Source: the human T2T-CHM13v2.0 reference genome, Homo sapiens. Taken from it: DNA of 64,000 bases. The number at the start of each line of letters is the position of its first letter. The first letter of the stretch is position 1. The translations under genes were made by a program, and so were the position numbers. The DNA lies in assembly GCF_009914755.1 (NCBI RefSeq), contig NC_060945.1. One strand, given 5' to 3'. Shown here one piece after another: positions 42,091 through 56,398 of this stretch. The notes beneath the pieces were generated by a model, which saw only the letters and a program-made list of their open reading frames with translations, searched no databases and was not told the origin of the DNA.

Positions 42091-44397
42091 TTCTTGAGTC
42101 AGGAAATACGGGCTGGTGTGCACTTTCTGCTCTTCCCCTGAGCCCCTCTGCCTACTCCAAATCTGGGGTGTGGGACCCACTGTCTTGTTAAAGGCAGACA
42201 GGACAGTGTCTCTCATTCCGAGATCAAACACTTGGAAGACAGCAGGCTTTGAAAGCAAATGTGATCAGCTCCACACTCTTCCTGCAGCCAAAGCCCTGCC
42301 CACAGGGGATGAGCCTCCAAGCTGAGCCAGGGAGGGGAGCAGAGCTGAGTGGGCTCGGCCTCTGGTGAGCTTTGGGCCACCCGCCCATGCCTGTCCCCTG
42401 CCAGTCCAAGCTAAAGCTGAGTCGGGAAGAAGCAGAAATCCCGTTCAGTTGGGACCTGAGAGCCCCAGGCACCGTGCTGGCCTCGTGGTGTGTGGGCCGT
42501 GGAAAAGGTGCCCACACAGAGGGCTGCCCCGAGAGTTTGAGGGCCACTCTGTGTGCTCTGAAGCACTAGCAATTTCATGGGCCCCAAGAGGGGTCCTGGG
42601 GTTACTCAGACGTCACTCATCCTACTCAGGGTTTAAGGCCTGGGTGAGGAGACACAGAGCAAAAAGACACCTTATCGATGAACCCTTAGGACAGTGGGAG
42701 AGGATGAGGCTGTAGTCTCAGTGGACCACTAGCACTGGAGAGTGAAGAGGGCACTAGTGAGACCAGTCAGGTCAGCACCTCCTCAGGAGGCTGGGAGGGC
42801 CCAGGGAAGAAGCAACAGAACAAAAACCCCAAGAGGACCTTGAACCAGAAAGTAGCTGAATTTAAACCCACGTGGACTCATAAATCTCTCAGTCTTCCAG
42901 AGTTTATTCAACCCGTGTCCGTTACTTGCTTATTCAAATATTAAGAAAAATACGGCCATCCCCATAAATAAGTGGACAAAGGCCTTCATGGACCTTTCAT
43001 AGCACAAACAGTTAAAAAAAGAGGGGGAGATGTTTCCACCTCACCACTAACCAAAGGAACAGGGGAGCCTGAGGCACAGGGGAGTCGGCACAGGGCGCGC
43101 CAACATTGCTGAGGCCAAGCCGCTGTGCAGCCAGCGGGCAGACGCACCCAGGGCCGCAGCCTCCAGGGCACCAGAGACTTTCAGCCTCCCGATGGCTCCC
43201 GAGGGGAAAGGCAGGGACAGCCATGGCCGAGCACAGCTTGTGACACCCGGGCCCCTGTGCTCTCTGTGGCAGCTGACATGCAGGTCTGCTGGTGGCCGTG
43301 TGTCCATGCAACTGTCCAAGCCCACGCGGTCAAGCTGCCGTGCCAGACGCAGAGGAGAAACTAGGGCTGCAGTGGCGGGGTCCCCTCCCTTGTGAACGTG
43401 CGTGAAGGTGCTCACAGCACAGCGACAGCTCCGAGTGCTCTGCCCCTCCCAGGTCCCGGGGTGCCCCTCCTGTCTGTGAGGGAGATGCGGGACCCACTGA
43501 GTCAGGGTCAGCTGCTGCCTGCAAAGGCATCCCGTGAAACCACAGGAAACCGCAAAGCTCCCTCCACCGCCTGCTGGACAGAGCCGGACGGCTCCTGGGG
43601 ACCGGGGGAGGGTGTCTGTAAGGCGAGGACATGGTTGGTGCATGCTCGTCAGGGTGTGATCAGAGACCCTCCAGCCTGCAGACACCCTCGCCCAGTTGTA
43701 AGGGTGAGAGCACAGCCCCAGGCGAGGCTGCTGGCCTGGGAGGAGGGATGAGCAGCGGTCTGTGGAGGAGGCCTTCTAAGGAGTCCCCCTGCACCTCACA
43801 TGCTCATCAATACAGGGCATCCTGGTAACGGAAGTTTCTAGATATGGGCCTCTCAGCAGGAGGGGTACACTGGCTGGTGCTCCTCTTAGCTGATTTCTTG
43901 GTTCCCAAACGGCTCCCCCGCTACCCACGTGTGCCAACAGCCCCCTTCTACTGAGGACAGCACCCCCTCCAGGCAAATCCCACTCATACCCAGGACGTGC
44001 CCACACCCCTTCTCCCGTGTGGCCCACACGCATGCCACAGGGACCAAGCTGGCTCTGTCGGGGCAGCCCTCGGTTTTGGGGGCCAAGCTTCCCATTCTTG
44101 GAATTAGTGCAGGCATCCCCCATACAGGCCTCCCTCCTTCTGCAATAGCTTCAATGCCTGGATGGGAGCCAGGCCACCCTCAGGCCCAGCTTCGGGCCTT
44201 CCTGTGTGTGCAGTGGGCTTGGGCTGTGTCCTGAAGAGGCCCAGCCACGCGGATTCTCAGTGGACTCTTCCTTCCCAAGGAACCACGATGAAAGACGCCA
44301 CAGCCCACTGACGCACAGAGGAACCCAGGCTGCTCTCATGGCTTTGCACCGACCTCTTTCCTGGGCTGAACAGTGTCCCCTTAAAAAAAGACATGTT

Positions 44398-44690
44398 GGT
44401 CCAGACGTGGCGCATGCCTGTAATCTCAGCACCGTGGGAGGCCGAGGAGGGAGGACCACTCGAGCCCGGGAGTTCGAGAGCAGCCCAGGCAACACAGTGA
44501 GACCCCATCTCCACAGAAAATACAATACAATTTAGCTGAACATGGTGGTGTGCACCTCTAGTCCCAGCTACTCTGGTGGGAAGACGGCTTGAGCCTGGGA
44601 GGTCAAGGCTGCAGTGAGCCGTGATCGCGCCACTGCACTCCAGCCTGGGTGACCAGGCAAGACCCTCTCCAAAAAAAAAAAGAAAGAAAA
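44398..44690 (+). mobile_element. Alu (AluJ-like)
   Basis: 'gaggtcaaggctgcagtgagccgtgatcgcgcc'. Confidence 0.9.
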
Positions 44691-45170
44691 GGTATATGTT
44701 GGATGCTGATCCCTCATACTGTAAACATGACCTTACGTGGAAACAGGACCTTTGCAGATGTAGTCAAGTTGAAGTGAAGTCATTAGTGGGGGACCCTGAG
44801 CCAACACCACTTCTGTTTTTATAAAAAGGCAAAATTTGCACACGAACGGGCACCTGGAGAACGCCATGTGACGACGGCGGCAGAGACTGGGGCCACGTGA
44901 CGATGGCGGCAGAGACTGGGGCCACGTGACGACGGGGGCAGAGATTGGGCAATGCCCCTGCAGGCCAAGGACACCAAAGAAGGCAACAGGCCCAGAAAAC
45001 AGGACAGAGTCATCCCCCAGATGGGGACAGACTCTCCTTCACCACCATGGAAGGAACCAGCCCCACTGACGCCTTCACCTCGGACTGCAGTCCTCCAGAA
45101 CCGTGAGATGTGAGCTTCTGCCATGTCACATAGCTGGCGTGGGACTCTGTCACAGCAGCCCGCGGATGTC
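44691..45170 (+). mobile_element. MLT1-type LTR with an internal 29-bp tandem repeat (~44868-44950)
   Basis: 'ctttgcagatgtagtcaagtt' and 'cctccagaaccgtgaga'; 'gtgacga(c/t)ggcggcagagactggggccac' repeated about 2.7 times. Confidence 0.75.
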
Positions 45171-45809
45171 AACACGCCCTCCAGCTCCAGCCCCCAGTGA
45201 GGGTGGAGAGTCCAGGGAAATGGGGCTGGGGGCTGGGAAAGGAGTTCTGAGGGAAGTGCCTGGGGCCTGTGACCTCCTACAGGCCAAGGGACAGGCCACA
45301 GAGATCCCCAGAGGTGGACGGAGTCCTCTGAAGAGGGGACAACCATGGCTTGGCTCTGACACACCCAAGAAGTCTGAGGCCGGAATCTGCAGATGCTCTG
45401 GGGGAGGACAGGGTGACACTCCCTGATGGTCCCCCAGGTCCAGGTGGCGCCCCACCAGGGAGGGGGCACCAGGGGTGGACTCAGGCTCTGCAGTAGAACC
45501 TGGGGAGAGGACAGGTCTTGGCAGAAGGAAGCTGTTGGCACCAGCTAGAGTAGAGCCTCTTCCAGGCTGGGGGAGCCACAGGGAAAAAGCTCCCACAATG
45601 GACAGGCCACGAGCGGGAGAGTGAGGCCGAAGCCCTGGCAAGCAGAGAGAGTGACAGCCCAGTCACCACAGGTCTCCAGAGAGGAGACTTGTCTCTCCTC
45701 CCCTTTTCTTCTCCTTGCCTCCCCCACACAGCCCCAGACAGCTCACGGCTGTGGCTGGCAAGACCACGCAGTGTGTAGAAACACCAGGCTGTGAGACAGA
45801 GAAGTTGGA

Positions 45810-46282
45810 TGTGTGTCCTGTGGCCACAAACTTAGTAGCTTCGAACAACACGAATGGATCATCTCATAGCAGTGGAGGTCCGAAGTCTGCTGTGGGTCTC
45901 ACAGGGCTAAAATCAAGGCATGGGCAGGGCGGGTTCCTTCGGGAGGCTGCAGGAGAGAATCTTTCCTCATCTCTTTCAGCTTCTGGAAATGGCTCGAGCC
46001 CTTGGTTCAGGGCTAGCAGCAGGCATCTCACTCACACCTGCCATGACCTTCTCCTCTGGCCAAATGTCCTCCTCCCTCCTTCTGATAAGGACCCTGTGGA
46101 GACACTGGGCCCACCTGGATAATCCAGGGTACTCTCCCATTAGCCACACCTTATGGTCCACACATATTAAGTTCCCTTAATTAGCCACACGTGTGAAGTC
46201 CCTGCTGCCACAAAAGGTGACACTCATAGGTTCTGAGAACCAGGATGTGGACATCATTGGCGACCATACTCAGCTGGCCACA
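45810..46282 (-). mobile_element. MLT1-type LTR
   Basis: 'gggcccacctggataatccagg' and 'aggatgtggacatc' motifs. Confidence 0.75.
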
Positions 46283-46404
46283 GAAGTTCACCTCTATGGA
46301 CTAAGGGGAAAAAAATCAAGCTTTTAAAAAATGAAAGTTAGTTTGCTTCAGAAGTCTTACTGAGGACTATAGACCGAGGCCTATATAGCCCAGGAGCAGT
46401 TTAG

Positions 46405-46734
<330 letters not shown>

Positions 46735-47327
46735 CCCATTCTCTAAAAGTTTAATTTTTTTCCTTAGATGAAAATCACAGTGACCCAGATAGGACTCAGA
46801 GTGGACTGCTCAGGGACGTCTGGAACACTGCGGGGACCCAGCACCCCGGTACCAGCACAGGCCACTTGAGCCCCCACGGCTCCTCCATGGTTACAGGTGA
46901 CTGAGTGACTCTCTCCTGAGTCTCTGACCTCCCACTTGGTTGAGAGTCCTGAGTTGTATTCAGTTAGTTCATTTTACTTCTTGCTGAAGGGGTACATTCT
47001 TCTGTGAGACTTTTTATGTCTTACGAAGGGGGAATTCTCCTCGTTGAAAGATACTAGGTAGGAATGGCTTCATGTGTAACCCATACAGAGTCTATACTTG
47101 CAAGTATCTTTCTAGAAGTAAGGGGTTAGCTAAAGGAGATTGAACACTGAAATGGCCAAAACTGGGATTCTCAAACATTAAGGCGTGCCAGGTTTTCTGG
47201 GACTCCAGTTGACTACATATCATGGCCCATTCTTGTACACATTTTTAAATAGTTAAATTATATCAAGGAAAAGTCAGAACTCAGAATCATCAACCTGCAA
47301 ATATAGGGTTAAAATGTAGAGTCTTCT

Positions 47328-47633
<306 letters not shown>

Positions 47634-48728
47634 CTAGTCCTTGCCTTTTCCTGAACAAGATAACGTCTTATAGGGCGAGTGATGATGCCTCTGCGGTCCA
47701 TAACCAGATGTGCTCCTGCCCCCAAACCCGGATGTGATTCTGCTTTGATGCAGCTTCTGAGCCAGTTTCATGTGATCTGCACGTGCTGACCTCCCGCCAC
47801 CTGCATATGAACTGTGAGCTGAAACCCGGGGCGGAGCCTCTGACAGGGCTGCCCCCGGGCTGGTGTGAGCTGAAACACGGAGCCGGAATCTCTGACAGAG
47901 CTGCCCCCAGCTAGAAACCTCACTCTTCTATAGTCCTCGGTAAAACTTCTGAGTAAAGCTCACTTTAATTCCTTAAAAGCTTTTTTTATCAACACCACAA
48001 ACCTCTTTCCCATCCAGTTGGATGAAGGAGTAGCTATAGATTTAAATTTAGTTTAAGGTTTTAATTTCTTGACAAGAGTGGGTTGCACATACCAGCTAAT
48101 AAGCAGATGGCCCGTTTTACCTAAAATGGATCAAACTACAAAATTAGTGATTTGTCCTCAATCTCACCCAGAAGAGAGTAAGAACTGACCTCATAAATTT
48201 AAGGAACAAAGTGGGACGAAGGAAGCCTGATGTGACTGGGGTTGGGGGTTCCCATCAGGCCAAGCTCAGGAGCACGGCCCACTAGCCCGAGAGGGTGCTG
48301 TTGAGAGGCCGCTCACCAGGCCTAACATTCATCTGGTACCTGCCCCTTCTCTGCAGGGAAGGAGCTTTCCAGAATCCTGGGGAAGGTACCTCCTGAGGAA
48401 GGAGTGTGGGAAAGACACTGAGGAGAAGGCATCACACAGACTCAGGTGAGCACTCAGCATCTGGTATTTATGATATTTGCAAGAGACCTAACATCAGACA
48501 GTGCGGAGGGCCCTGTGGATGGCCCAGGCTGTGAACCCAGGAGAAACTGTGTAGAAAGGCGCATGGCCTCACCGGCTGGGATCTAGTGACGGTGCCGCAA
48601 AGGAGGCAGGCGGTCTAGTCAGGTGACGACAGTTTGCTGCGGGAGGATGTGGGGACTGCCTGGCAGGAGTTCAGAGAGCCTGCTGGCTTCTGACCTCGCA
48701 CCTACGAGGGTCATAGGAGGCCACCTGC

Positions 48729-49067
48729 TCAGCAGCCGGTGGGGGTGCTCCAGGTGACAGGTCTATAGACCAGGGTGGGGCAGAAGGGCTGGCAGCACCC
48801 AGAGGTTGGGCAGAAGGAAGCCACACACAAAACAGGCTTGCAGCTCACAGGCACACAGCAGGCCACCTGGCAGGGGCTGGGCACACAGCAGGCTGGCTGG
48901 CAGCAGGTGGATACCCCACACAGGGGCCGGCACAGCAGAGCCACACAGGGGGCTGAGCAGCAGCAGGAGGTCCCATAGCCCTCGGGTGGGTAGCAGGTGC
49001 TGGGGACACAGCACGGGGAGCCAGGGCAGGCCATTGGGCAGCCCGAAGAGTGGCTGGTGTGGCACAT
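48729..49067 (-). CDS. KRTAP12-4: Keratin-associated protein 12-4 (112 aa)
   Basis: MCHTSHSSGCPMACPGSPCCVPS...; KAP12-type N-terminus; upstream TATAAA. Confidence 0.93.
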   Translation of the reverse strand: MCHTSHSSGCPMACPGSPCCVPSTCYPPEGYGTSCCCSAPCVALLCRPLCGVSTCCQPACCVPSPCQVACCVPVSCKPVLCVASFCPTSGCCQPFCPTLVYRPVTWSTPTGC

Positions 49068-49135
49068 GATGGAGTGTGGACAGGTGGGGGGCGCAGAGGA
49101 CAGGGCTGGTCTGGAGCCTGCTTCCTTAGGTGGCC

Positions 49136-49141
49136 TTTATA
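49136..49141 (-). promoter_or_regulatory. TATA box of KRTAP12-4
   Basis: tttata on + strand = TATAAA on - strand, about 70 bp upstream of the ATG. Confidence 0.82.
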
Positions 49142-49539
49142 CCCAGGCTACCGGCATCCTGGCAACAAGCCCCCTGGCATCTTCCTCGTGGGTGGTTTTT
49201 CCTCCTCTGCCCTGTCTGGTTGATCTTTCTGTGTTTTTCTGTTGAGGTTACTCAGTTCAGGAAACTCTTTCAGCTAGGGGTGCCCTATCATTCAGCAGAC
49301 AGTGTTTCCTGGAAACAGAGCAGGGGTAGCTGGTGAAGGGCTGTCAGTGAGGCCAGGGGCCCACCTCATGGATGTTCAAGGTCCCCCCGTTGTAAATGCC
49401 ATCTGGAGCTCACACAAGCACAGTCACACTCACTACACCAGGGGCCCCGTTTTGACTGAGAAGCTCAGTCATCATCAGGGTCTTCCCAAGTAACGAGAGC
49501 CAAACTACTGGGCTCTATATTGTGGAATAATAATGATGA

Positions 49540-49735
49540 TTATTGAGGTAACAGTAATGCACAGAGGTCTAGCACTGTGCCAGGCTGTGATTATCTCATT
49601 CATCTTTGCCAGCATTCGGGGTGGCTGATACCCCATTTTACAGATGTGCAATTTGTAAGTCATAGAGGGTTTGCACAATGGGTGCGTGTCCACTGCAGAG
49701 ATGCAGGGATCTGGACTGCTTAGTTTCACTCTGGG
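49540..49735. mobile_element. MIR remnant
   Basis: Core 'ccccattttacagatg'. Confidence 0.6.
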
Positions 49736-50779
49736 ATCCATGGTCGTTACCGCTGTGCCAAATTATACTAGGGCTTGAAGGTTCAATAAGTGACTCATCC
49801 TGAAGTCCTGAACCAGCTCGGACAGAGAAGATGGATGAAAACATCAGCCACGTTGGCGTCTGCAGAGCATGGCTCAGGCGTGTGACCACAGTGGGCTTCC
49901 TGACACCACACCTCAGAAGTGCCCACTTCCCACGAGTAGCACTAATGGCCACAGGACACCTCCTCTGCAGACGGAGCCCAGGAGGACCCATCACGGAGTG
50001 GGGCATGAGCTATTCATATCTGGTTCCTCTCCCTCGCTGTGGGTCTGATCAGTCTCACCCCTGCAGAGGCAGCTTGGGGGAAAGTGAGGAGCTGGTGTGA
50101 AATTCCAGGATGCCCCTGCACTTGGGAAGCAGCGGGCAGGAGTGTGGATGACACGTTCCTCCTCACACTCCAGCTCTGTTCTCTTGATGGATTGGCCACA
50201 GCGCTTTATTCTACGGTGGTGTCACACGGTGGGGGATGAGCCATCTCTCAGGGCAGAGCTACTCTGTCCATCCCAGGCAGCTCCCAGGGGCACCCTCTGC
50301 TCCTGTGTGGGTCCTCCTGTGCCTGCTGGTGGTGGATATGGGTGATTCCTGCCAAGAAGCCTTCAGACAAGTCAGACACCACGTTAATGAAATCCCCTCC
50401 AAGGCTGAAGACCAAGTGGGGTCTCAGAGCTGTGGACAGAACTTAGAAGTCTATGGACCCAGAGCCGATCTGTGGCCATGTGGGAGTCACCTTAAGGCCT
50501 AGGGACAAGCCGGGTGAGGCCACAAGTTCACAGGCAACTCCTTTCACTGCTATAGTTCAGAATCACACTTAAAAACCAAGAGAATTGGGGCAGCCACAGT
50601 GATTGTGAGCTAGTCACCAAGTAATCCATTTTAAAAGTTGGTTGTCTTACGAGTCGATTACAGAAGAACAAGGATGCGTCTTTGATATTTATCTGCTCCT
50701 TTACCTTCCCCTGTCCCTCCTACTCCTTCCTGCAGGTCAGGGCCCACCTGGCCTCATCCTAGTCAACCTAAAGGACATC

Positions 50780-51370
50780 CGTGCACGTCACCTGCAGTGC
50801 ACATCTGCAGGGGAGGATTTCTCCCAGCTTTTGCTCTTCTGAACAGGTTTTTACCTCAACATGTTTTGAAGGATTTTTTTCATAGGTATAGAATTCTGGG
50901 TTGGCAAATTTTTTTTGAGCATTTTAAAGAAGTTGTTCCATTGTCTTCTGGCCTCCACTGTTTTTGCTGAGAAGTGAGGGATTTTCTCATCCTTGCAAGA
51001 ACCTTATACCTTGTATGAGAAGTGTCTTTTTTTTCCACTGTCTTCAATAATTTTTTGGTTTTCATTACTCTTACTATTTGATGCTTGGATATGGTTTTCT
51101 TTGTGTTGATCCTCCTAAAGGTTCTGAGATTCTTGGGTCTGTAAGTTGTTATTTTTTAAATCATATATGGTGCCTTGGGCCATTATTTTTTTGAAACTTA
51201 TTTATGGTTCAGTATCGCTCTCTTCTCTTTCCAAGGTTCAAACTACTAGTATGTTAGACAGTTCAGTACTGTCTCATATTTCTTTTCATTTTTCTAGATT
51301 CTTTCTCCTCTTCTTGAGACAAGATAATTTCTACTGGTGTGTCTTCAGGTTCACTGATTCTTTTTCCATC
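50780..51370 (-). mobile_element. Old L1 ORF1 fragment, antisense
   Basis: Minus-strand translation ...KICQPRILY is ORF1-like; 'ttccattgtcttctggcctcc'. Confidence 0.7.
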
Positions 51371-51786
51371 TGACTCCTAACCCCAAATCCCAGACCCCCC
51401 CAGCATGGGATTCTGATGCTTGGTTCTTGGGTCCTCATGATCTGACCAGTTCACCTGCACCCATGGCCCAACACCCAGAGTACAGGATTCCTGCCTCCCC
51501 TGGACATACCAGTTTCTGAAGCAGCATCCTCACTCTCTCCATGGCCACATTGTCTCCTCACAGACGCCCCCCAGACCACCCACCAGCACCCCCATTACTA
51601 TCTCCTGAACCCATTTTCCCCAGCACTCAGCCCTGTATGGAATTATTTCATGCATTCATTTCTTCCTTTACTCATTTATTCATTGCCCACTGCTAGAATG
51701 CTCTTGAGGCCAAGACCTCGTTGCTGCTGGTACACAATATATATTTGTTGCATTAACAAATAACTTCTTGTATAGATTACTCTATG

Positions 51787-52002
51787 GCAGGGTTGGCTAA
51801 CTTTCTGTAAAGGGCAGACAGCAAATATTTTAGCCTTTGCATGTTACAGTCTCTTCCATAACTATTCAGTTGTGCCACTATAGTGCAAAAGAAGCCACAG
51901 ACAACACATAAACTAATGACATGCTGTGATCCAATAAGAGTTCATTTGAAAAACAGGCAGTGGGCCAAATGTGGCTCACAGACGATAGTTTGCCAACCTA
52001 TG
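51787..52002. mobile_element. MER58A-like hAT-Charlie element
   Basis: Terminal inverted repeats cagggttggctaac...gtttgccaacctatg; internal 'ctgtaaagggcaga...aaatattttag'. Confidence 0.75.
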
Positions 52003-52350
52003 CTTTAAAGTTTTACTCTACAAAATTAAAGCTCAAAATACATTATTGCCTCAACATCTTCCTTGATAGCATGAAACAAAAGTGAAACAACAGGATTCGG
52101 TACTTTGAGTCGAGCCAGTGGTGCTATGTGCACGGTAGTAGCCTGAAAAAAATTGACAAAAAACCTGCATAACGTCAAACCAGAACATCCTGTTTACAGA
52201 AGAAACTAACCTCAAGGCCGAAGCTATTTATGGTGGAGCATGACGCGGGAAAGTACACGCGGGAAAATAAGATGTTGGGAAACACAGTGGAAACAACCAC
52301 AAGGAAGACAACAGTTGTGTTTTTGTGTTACCCAGATGACGGGACCCAGG

Positions 52351-52356
52351 TATAAA
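52351..52356 (+). promoter_or_regulatory. TATA box of KRTAP12-3
   Basis: ggTATAAAg 75 bp upstream of the ATG. Confidence 0.85.
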
Positions 52357-52425
52357 GACCACCAGAGAAGCAGCTTCCAGACATCACCATCCTCCTCCCC
52401 AGTACCAGCCCAGCCACACGCCACC

Positions 52426-52716
52426 ATGTGCCACACCAGCTGCTCCCCAGCCTGCCAGCCAACCTGCTGCATACGCAGCCCCTGCCAGGCATCCTGCTAT
52501 GTGCCCGTGAGCTGCCAGTCCTCCGTGTGCATGCCCGTGAGCTGCACGCGCATTGTGTGCGTGGCTCCCTCCTGCCAGCCCTCCGTGTGCGTGCCCGTGA
52601 GCTGCAGGCCCATCATATATGTGACTCCCTCTTGCCAATCTTCGGGGTGCTGCCAGCCCCCCTGCACCACTGCCCTCTGCAGACCCATCTCCTGCAGCAC
52701 CCCTTCCTGCTGCTGA
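52426..52716 (+). CDS. KRTAP12-3: Keratin-associated protein 12-3 (96 aa)
   Basis: Perfect Kozak gccaccATG downstream of the TATA; MCHTSCSPACQPTCC...STPSCC. The ORF-track start at 52240 lies upstream of the TATA. Confidence 0.93.
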   Translation: MCHTSCSPACQPTCCIRSPCQASCYVPVSCQSSVCMPVSCTRIVCVAPSCQPSVCVPVSCRPIIYVTPSCQSSGCCQPPCTTALCRPISCSTPSCC

Positions 52717-52957
52717 CCAGCTGCTCCTGGTACACGGGGGTACACACCCGTATCCCTCCGTGAATAAGCATCTGGTGGACCCCCAGATTGCACACATAGG
52801 GCAGATGAAAAGCATGCCCAAGGAAACCTCTGAACTCTGGGGTGAGAACGTGGAAAAATGATTCAGACCTCCCGTGACCTTGGGAACCCCTCAAGGAAGT
52901 CTTGGCTGCCAGAGTCCTTCTCTCACTCCAGCAGGAAACTAAAACCCATGTGAGCCA

Positions 52958-52963
52958 AATAAA
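52958..52963 (+). terminator. Polyadenylation signal of KRTAP12-3
   Basis: AATAAA; equivalent position in the KRTAP12-2 3' UTR. Confidence 0.8.
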
Positions 52964-53174
52964 TCGGCTGTCCCTATACACCTCGTCTCTCTCTTTTATC
53001 TTCATGTATTTCGTAAGTTCTTTCCTTGAAGGTACATACCAACTTCGATGGCAGCAGCACCTCTTCAGAGAGCCACCTTCCTGATGGCTGAGCTGAAGTG
53101 GAGGGTCCTTGGTTGGGGGAGTGGCCTGAAGGTTCTGTCCCCCGACTCCCTCCCCAAGCCTTGCACTGTGGGGT

Positions 53175-53291
53175 AATAAGATGTTGGGAAACACAGTGGA
53201 AACCACCATGAGGAAGACAACTCTTGCGTTTTTATGTTACCCAGATGCCTGGGACCCGGGTATAAAGACCACCAGAGAAGAAGCTTCCAGA
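53175..53291 (+). promoter_or_regulatory. Orphan duplicate of the KRTAP12-3 proximal promoter (TATA at 53261-53266), with no KAP CDS following
   Basis: Closely matches 52266-52381 along its whole length. Confidence 0.85.
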
Positions 53292-53726
53292 TGGAGCGTG
53301 TTGGGGGAGGGTAGAAGAAAACAATCCTCTACCCAGAAGGATGGACAAGAAATAGTCCTGGGCCCCAGATCCCATGCAATACCTCAAAGGATTACTGTGG
53401 CAAAGAGGGCAGGAAACTCTTTCAAACAACACCCACCACAAATACAGAGCAGAGTTCGTCTACCCCGGGAGGGGTAGCAGGAAGTCGAAGAAAGTCTCAT
53501 TCTCCAAGTCCCACATGCAAAGGGCCTGCCTAAGACTGACACTGGACCAGGACAACAGAGAGCCCTCCTTTCTCCAGCTCCAGCCTAGCAGGCACAGCTC
53601 AATAAGCAACGTCAGCCTGCCTCTGGGGAAAGGCAGAAGTGTGTAGAGATCTCCTCTGAACGTCAGGCATGCAGGGGCGTGTGAAACTTAGGGTGGAGCA
53701 AAAGCGCTGACCTCCCCACCCCTCAT

Positions 53727-53808
53727 CCTAAGCACAAGCACTGATACACCCTAAGCACAAGCACTGATACACCCTAAGCACAAGCACTGATACACCCTAA
53801 GCACAAGC
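53727..53808. repeat. Perfect 23-bp minisatellite (CCTAAGCACAAGCACTGATACAC) x3.6
   Basis: Read directly from the sequence. Confidence 0.92.
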
Positions 53809-54047
53809 GGTTGGTGCACTGAAGGTAACCACAGTAACAACAAAACCCAAACCACGGTCAATGTCTGACCAGATTGACTCATCCACCTCCCCCCACACAC
53901 TAATGGCCTGACAGAAAAAGAGACGCACGCATTTCCAGAAGGAACTGATGATGTCTGATATTCAATAAAAAATTATAAGATATGCAAAAAAGCAAGGAAA
54001 AACCAAGCCATTGTTGGGAGACAAAGAAATCAATAAAACTGGATTCA

Positions 54048-54210
<163 letters not shown>

Positions 54211-55103
54211 CAGAAAGTAGAAAGTAAAATCACACAGGTGTTAGAGCTATCAGGTATAAACTTTACAATAACTATAATGAATAGATTAAAAGATCAAGAG
54301 TAAAGCATTAAAAACATAAATGAACAGATGGGTAATTTCAGCAGAGAAATGGAAACTATAAGAAAGGTCAAGTGGATATGGTAAAAATCAAAATACGGTA
54401 TCACAGATGGCTTCCTTCAGTGGGTTCATCAGTATACTTGATACAACCAGGTGTGGAAGCTTTGAATTTGAAAACGTGTAAATGTAAATTGACCAAATTA
54501 AAACACAAAGAGAAAGAGAAAGAGAAGGGTGGAGGGAGACAAGAGCAAAACATCAAATCCTCATTTATGGATGTAATTGGAGTCCCTCAAAGAGAAGAAA
54601 GAGAGGGCAGGGCAGAAGAAATATTTAAAGAGGTAATAGTTGAGAAATATTCTAAAAATAATGAAATACATAAAGTCCCATATCCAAAAAGTTCGGAGAA
54701 CCCCAAATTGGGTAACTATATCCCCACCACAAATGACTAGACATGTCACATTAAATCTGTGACTGACAAAAACCAAAGGTAAAAAGGGAAATCTTGAAAG
54801 CATCAATATTTTAAAAGCAGACTACGAGCATAAGGACAAAGGTAGAGTTTACATCAGACTTCTAATCAGAAATCACAGGACCGAAAGTACATCTTTAAAA
54901 TACTGAAAGAAAATCCGTCGACCCTATGACACTAAAAGTGTCTTTCAAAAATGAAAGAAAACACTTTTTCAGATGAACAAAAACTGAAAAGACTTCATTA
55001 ACAGCACACGTGCACTATAAGAAATTCTTAAAAAATTTCTTTGAGCCAAGGAATATGATAGCAGAGAGACACTTGAATCCACACAAAGAAAAGACCACGT
55101 CTT

Positions 55104-55400
<297 letters not shown>

Positions 55401-55428
55401 TTATTTTAAAAGAAGATAAATATAAATA

Positions 55429-55721
<293 letters not shown>

Positions 55722-55960
55722 GCATTATAACTAATTGACTGTCCAGAGCAAAAATAGTGACAGTGCATTGTGGGGTTTTTAACATAAGTAAAAGTAAAAC
55801 ATGGCAACAATAACACGAGGAATATAAAAGAGGACATGGAGGTACACTGCCGTAAAGTCCTGCCACTTACAGATGAAGTAGCGTCATATTACCCGGAGGT
55901 ATCCTTTGTTACAGTAAAGGTATGTATTGTAACTCTTAGGCCAAATAAGTTTGAAAGGAC

Positions 55961-56398
55961 GTATTAGGCTATTATCGCCTTGCTATAAGGAAATACCTGA
56001 GACTGGGTAATTTATAAAGAAAGGAGGTTTAATTGGCTCACAGTTCTGCAAGCTGTACAGGAAGCATAATACTGGCATCTGCTCAGCTTCTGGGGAGGCA
56101 GAATTGTGAGGAAACTTACAAGCACTGTGGAAGGTGAAGGGGGAGCAGGCACATCACGTGGCCAGAGCAGGAGCAGGAGAGAAAGACGGGGCTGGGGGAG
56201 GGGCCACACGCCTTTAAACAACCAGGTCTCCCAAGAACTCACTCACTGTCGCAAGGACAGCACCAAGGGGATGACGCTTAACCATTCATGAGAAATCCAC
56301 CCCCGTGATCCAATCACCTCCCACCAGGCCCCACCTCCAACACTGGAGATTACAATTCAACATGAGATTTGGGCGGGGACACAAATCCAAACTATATC
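55961..56398 (-). mobile_element. MST (MSTA-like) solo LTR
   Basis: gtattagg...ccaaactatatca is the reverse complement of MST termini. Confidence 0.87.

Noticed and set aside
48467-48472. CATAAA on the - strand as polyA signal of KRTAP12-4
   Set aside because: Plausible distance from the stop but a non-canonical hexamer; cannot be supported without 3'-end data.
52240-52425. Upstream extensions of KRTAP12-3 (158 aa) and KRTAP12-2 (183 aa, to 61415)
   Set aside because: Both extensions run through the TATA box, so they cannot be in the TATA-initiated mRNA.
53727-53808. Short direct repeats as a CRISPR-like array
   Set aside because: Head-to-tail units without spacers in mammalian DNA; an ordinary minisatellite.
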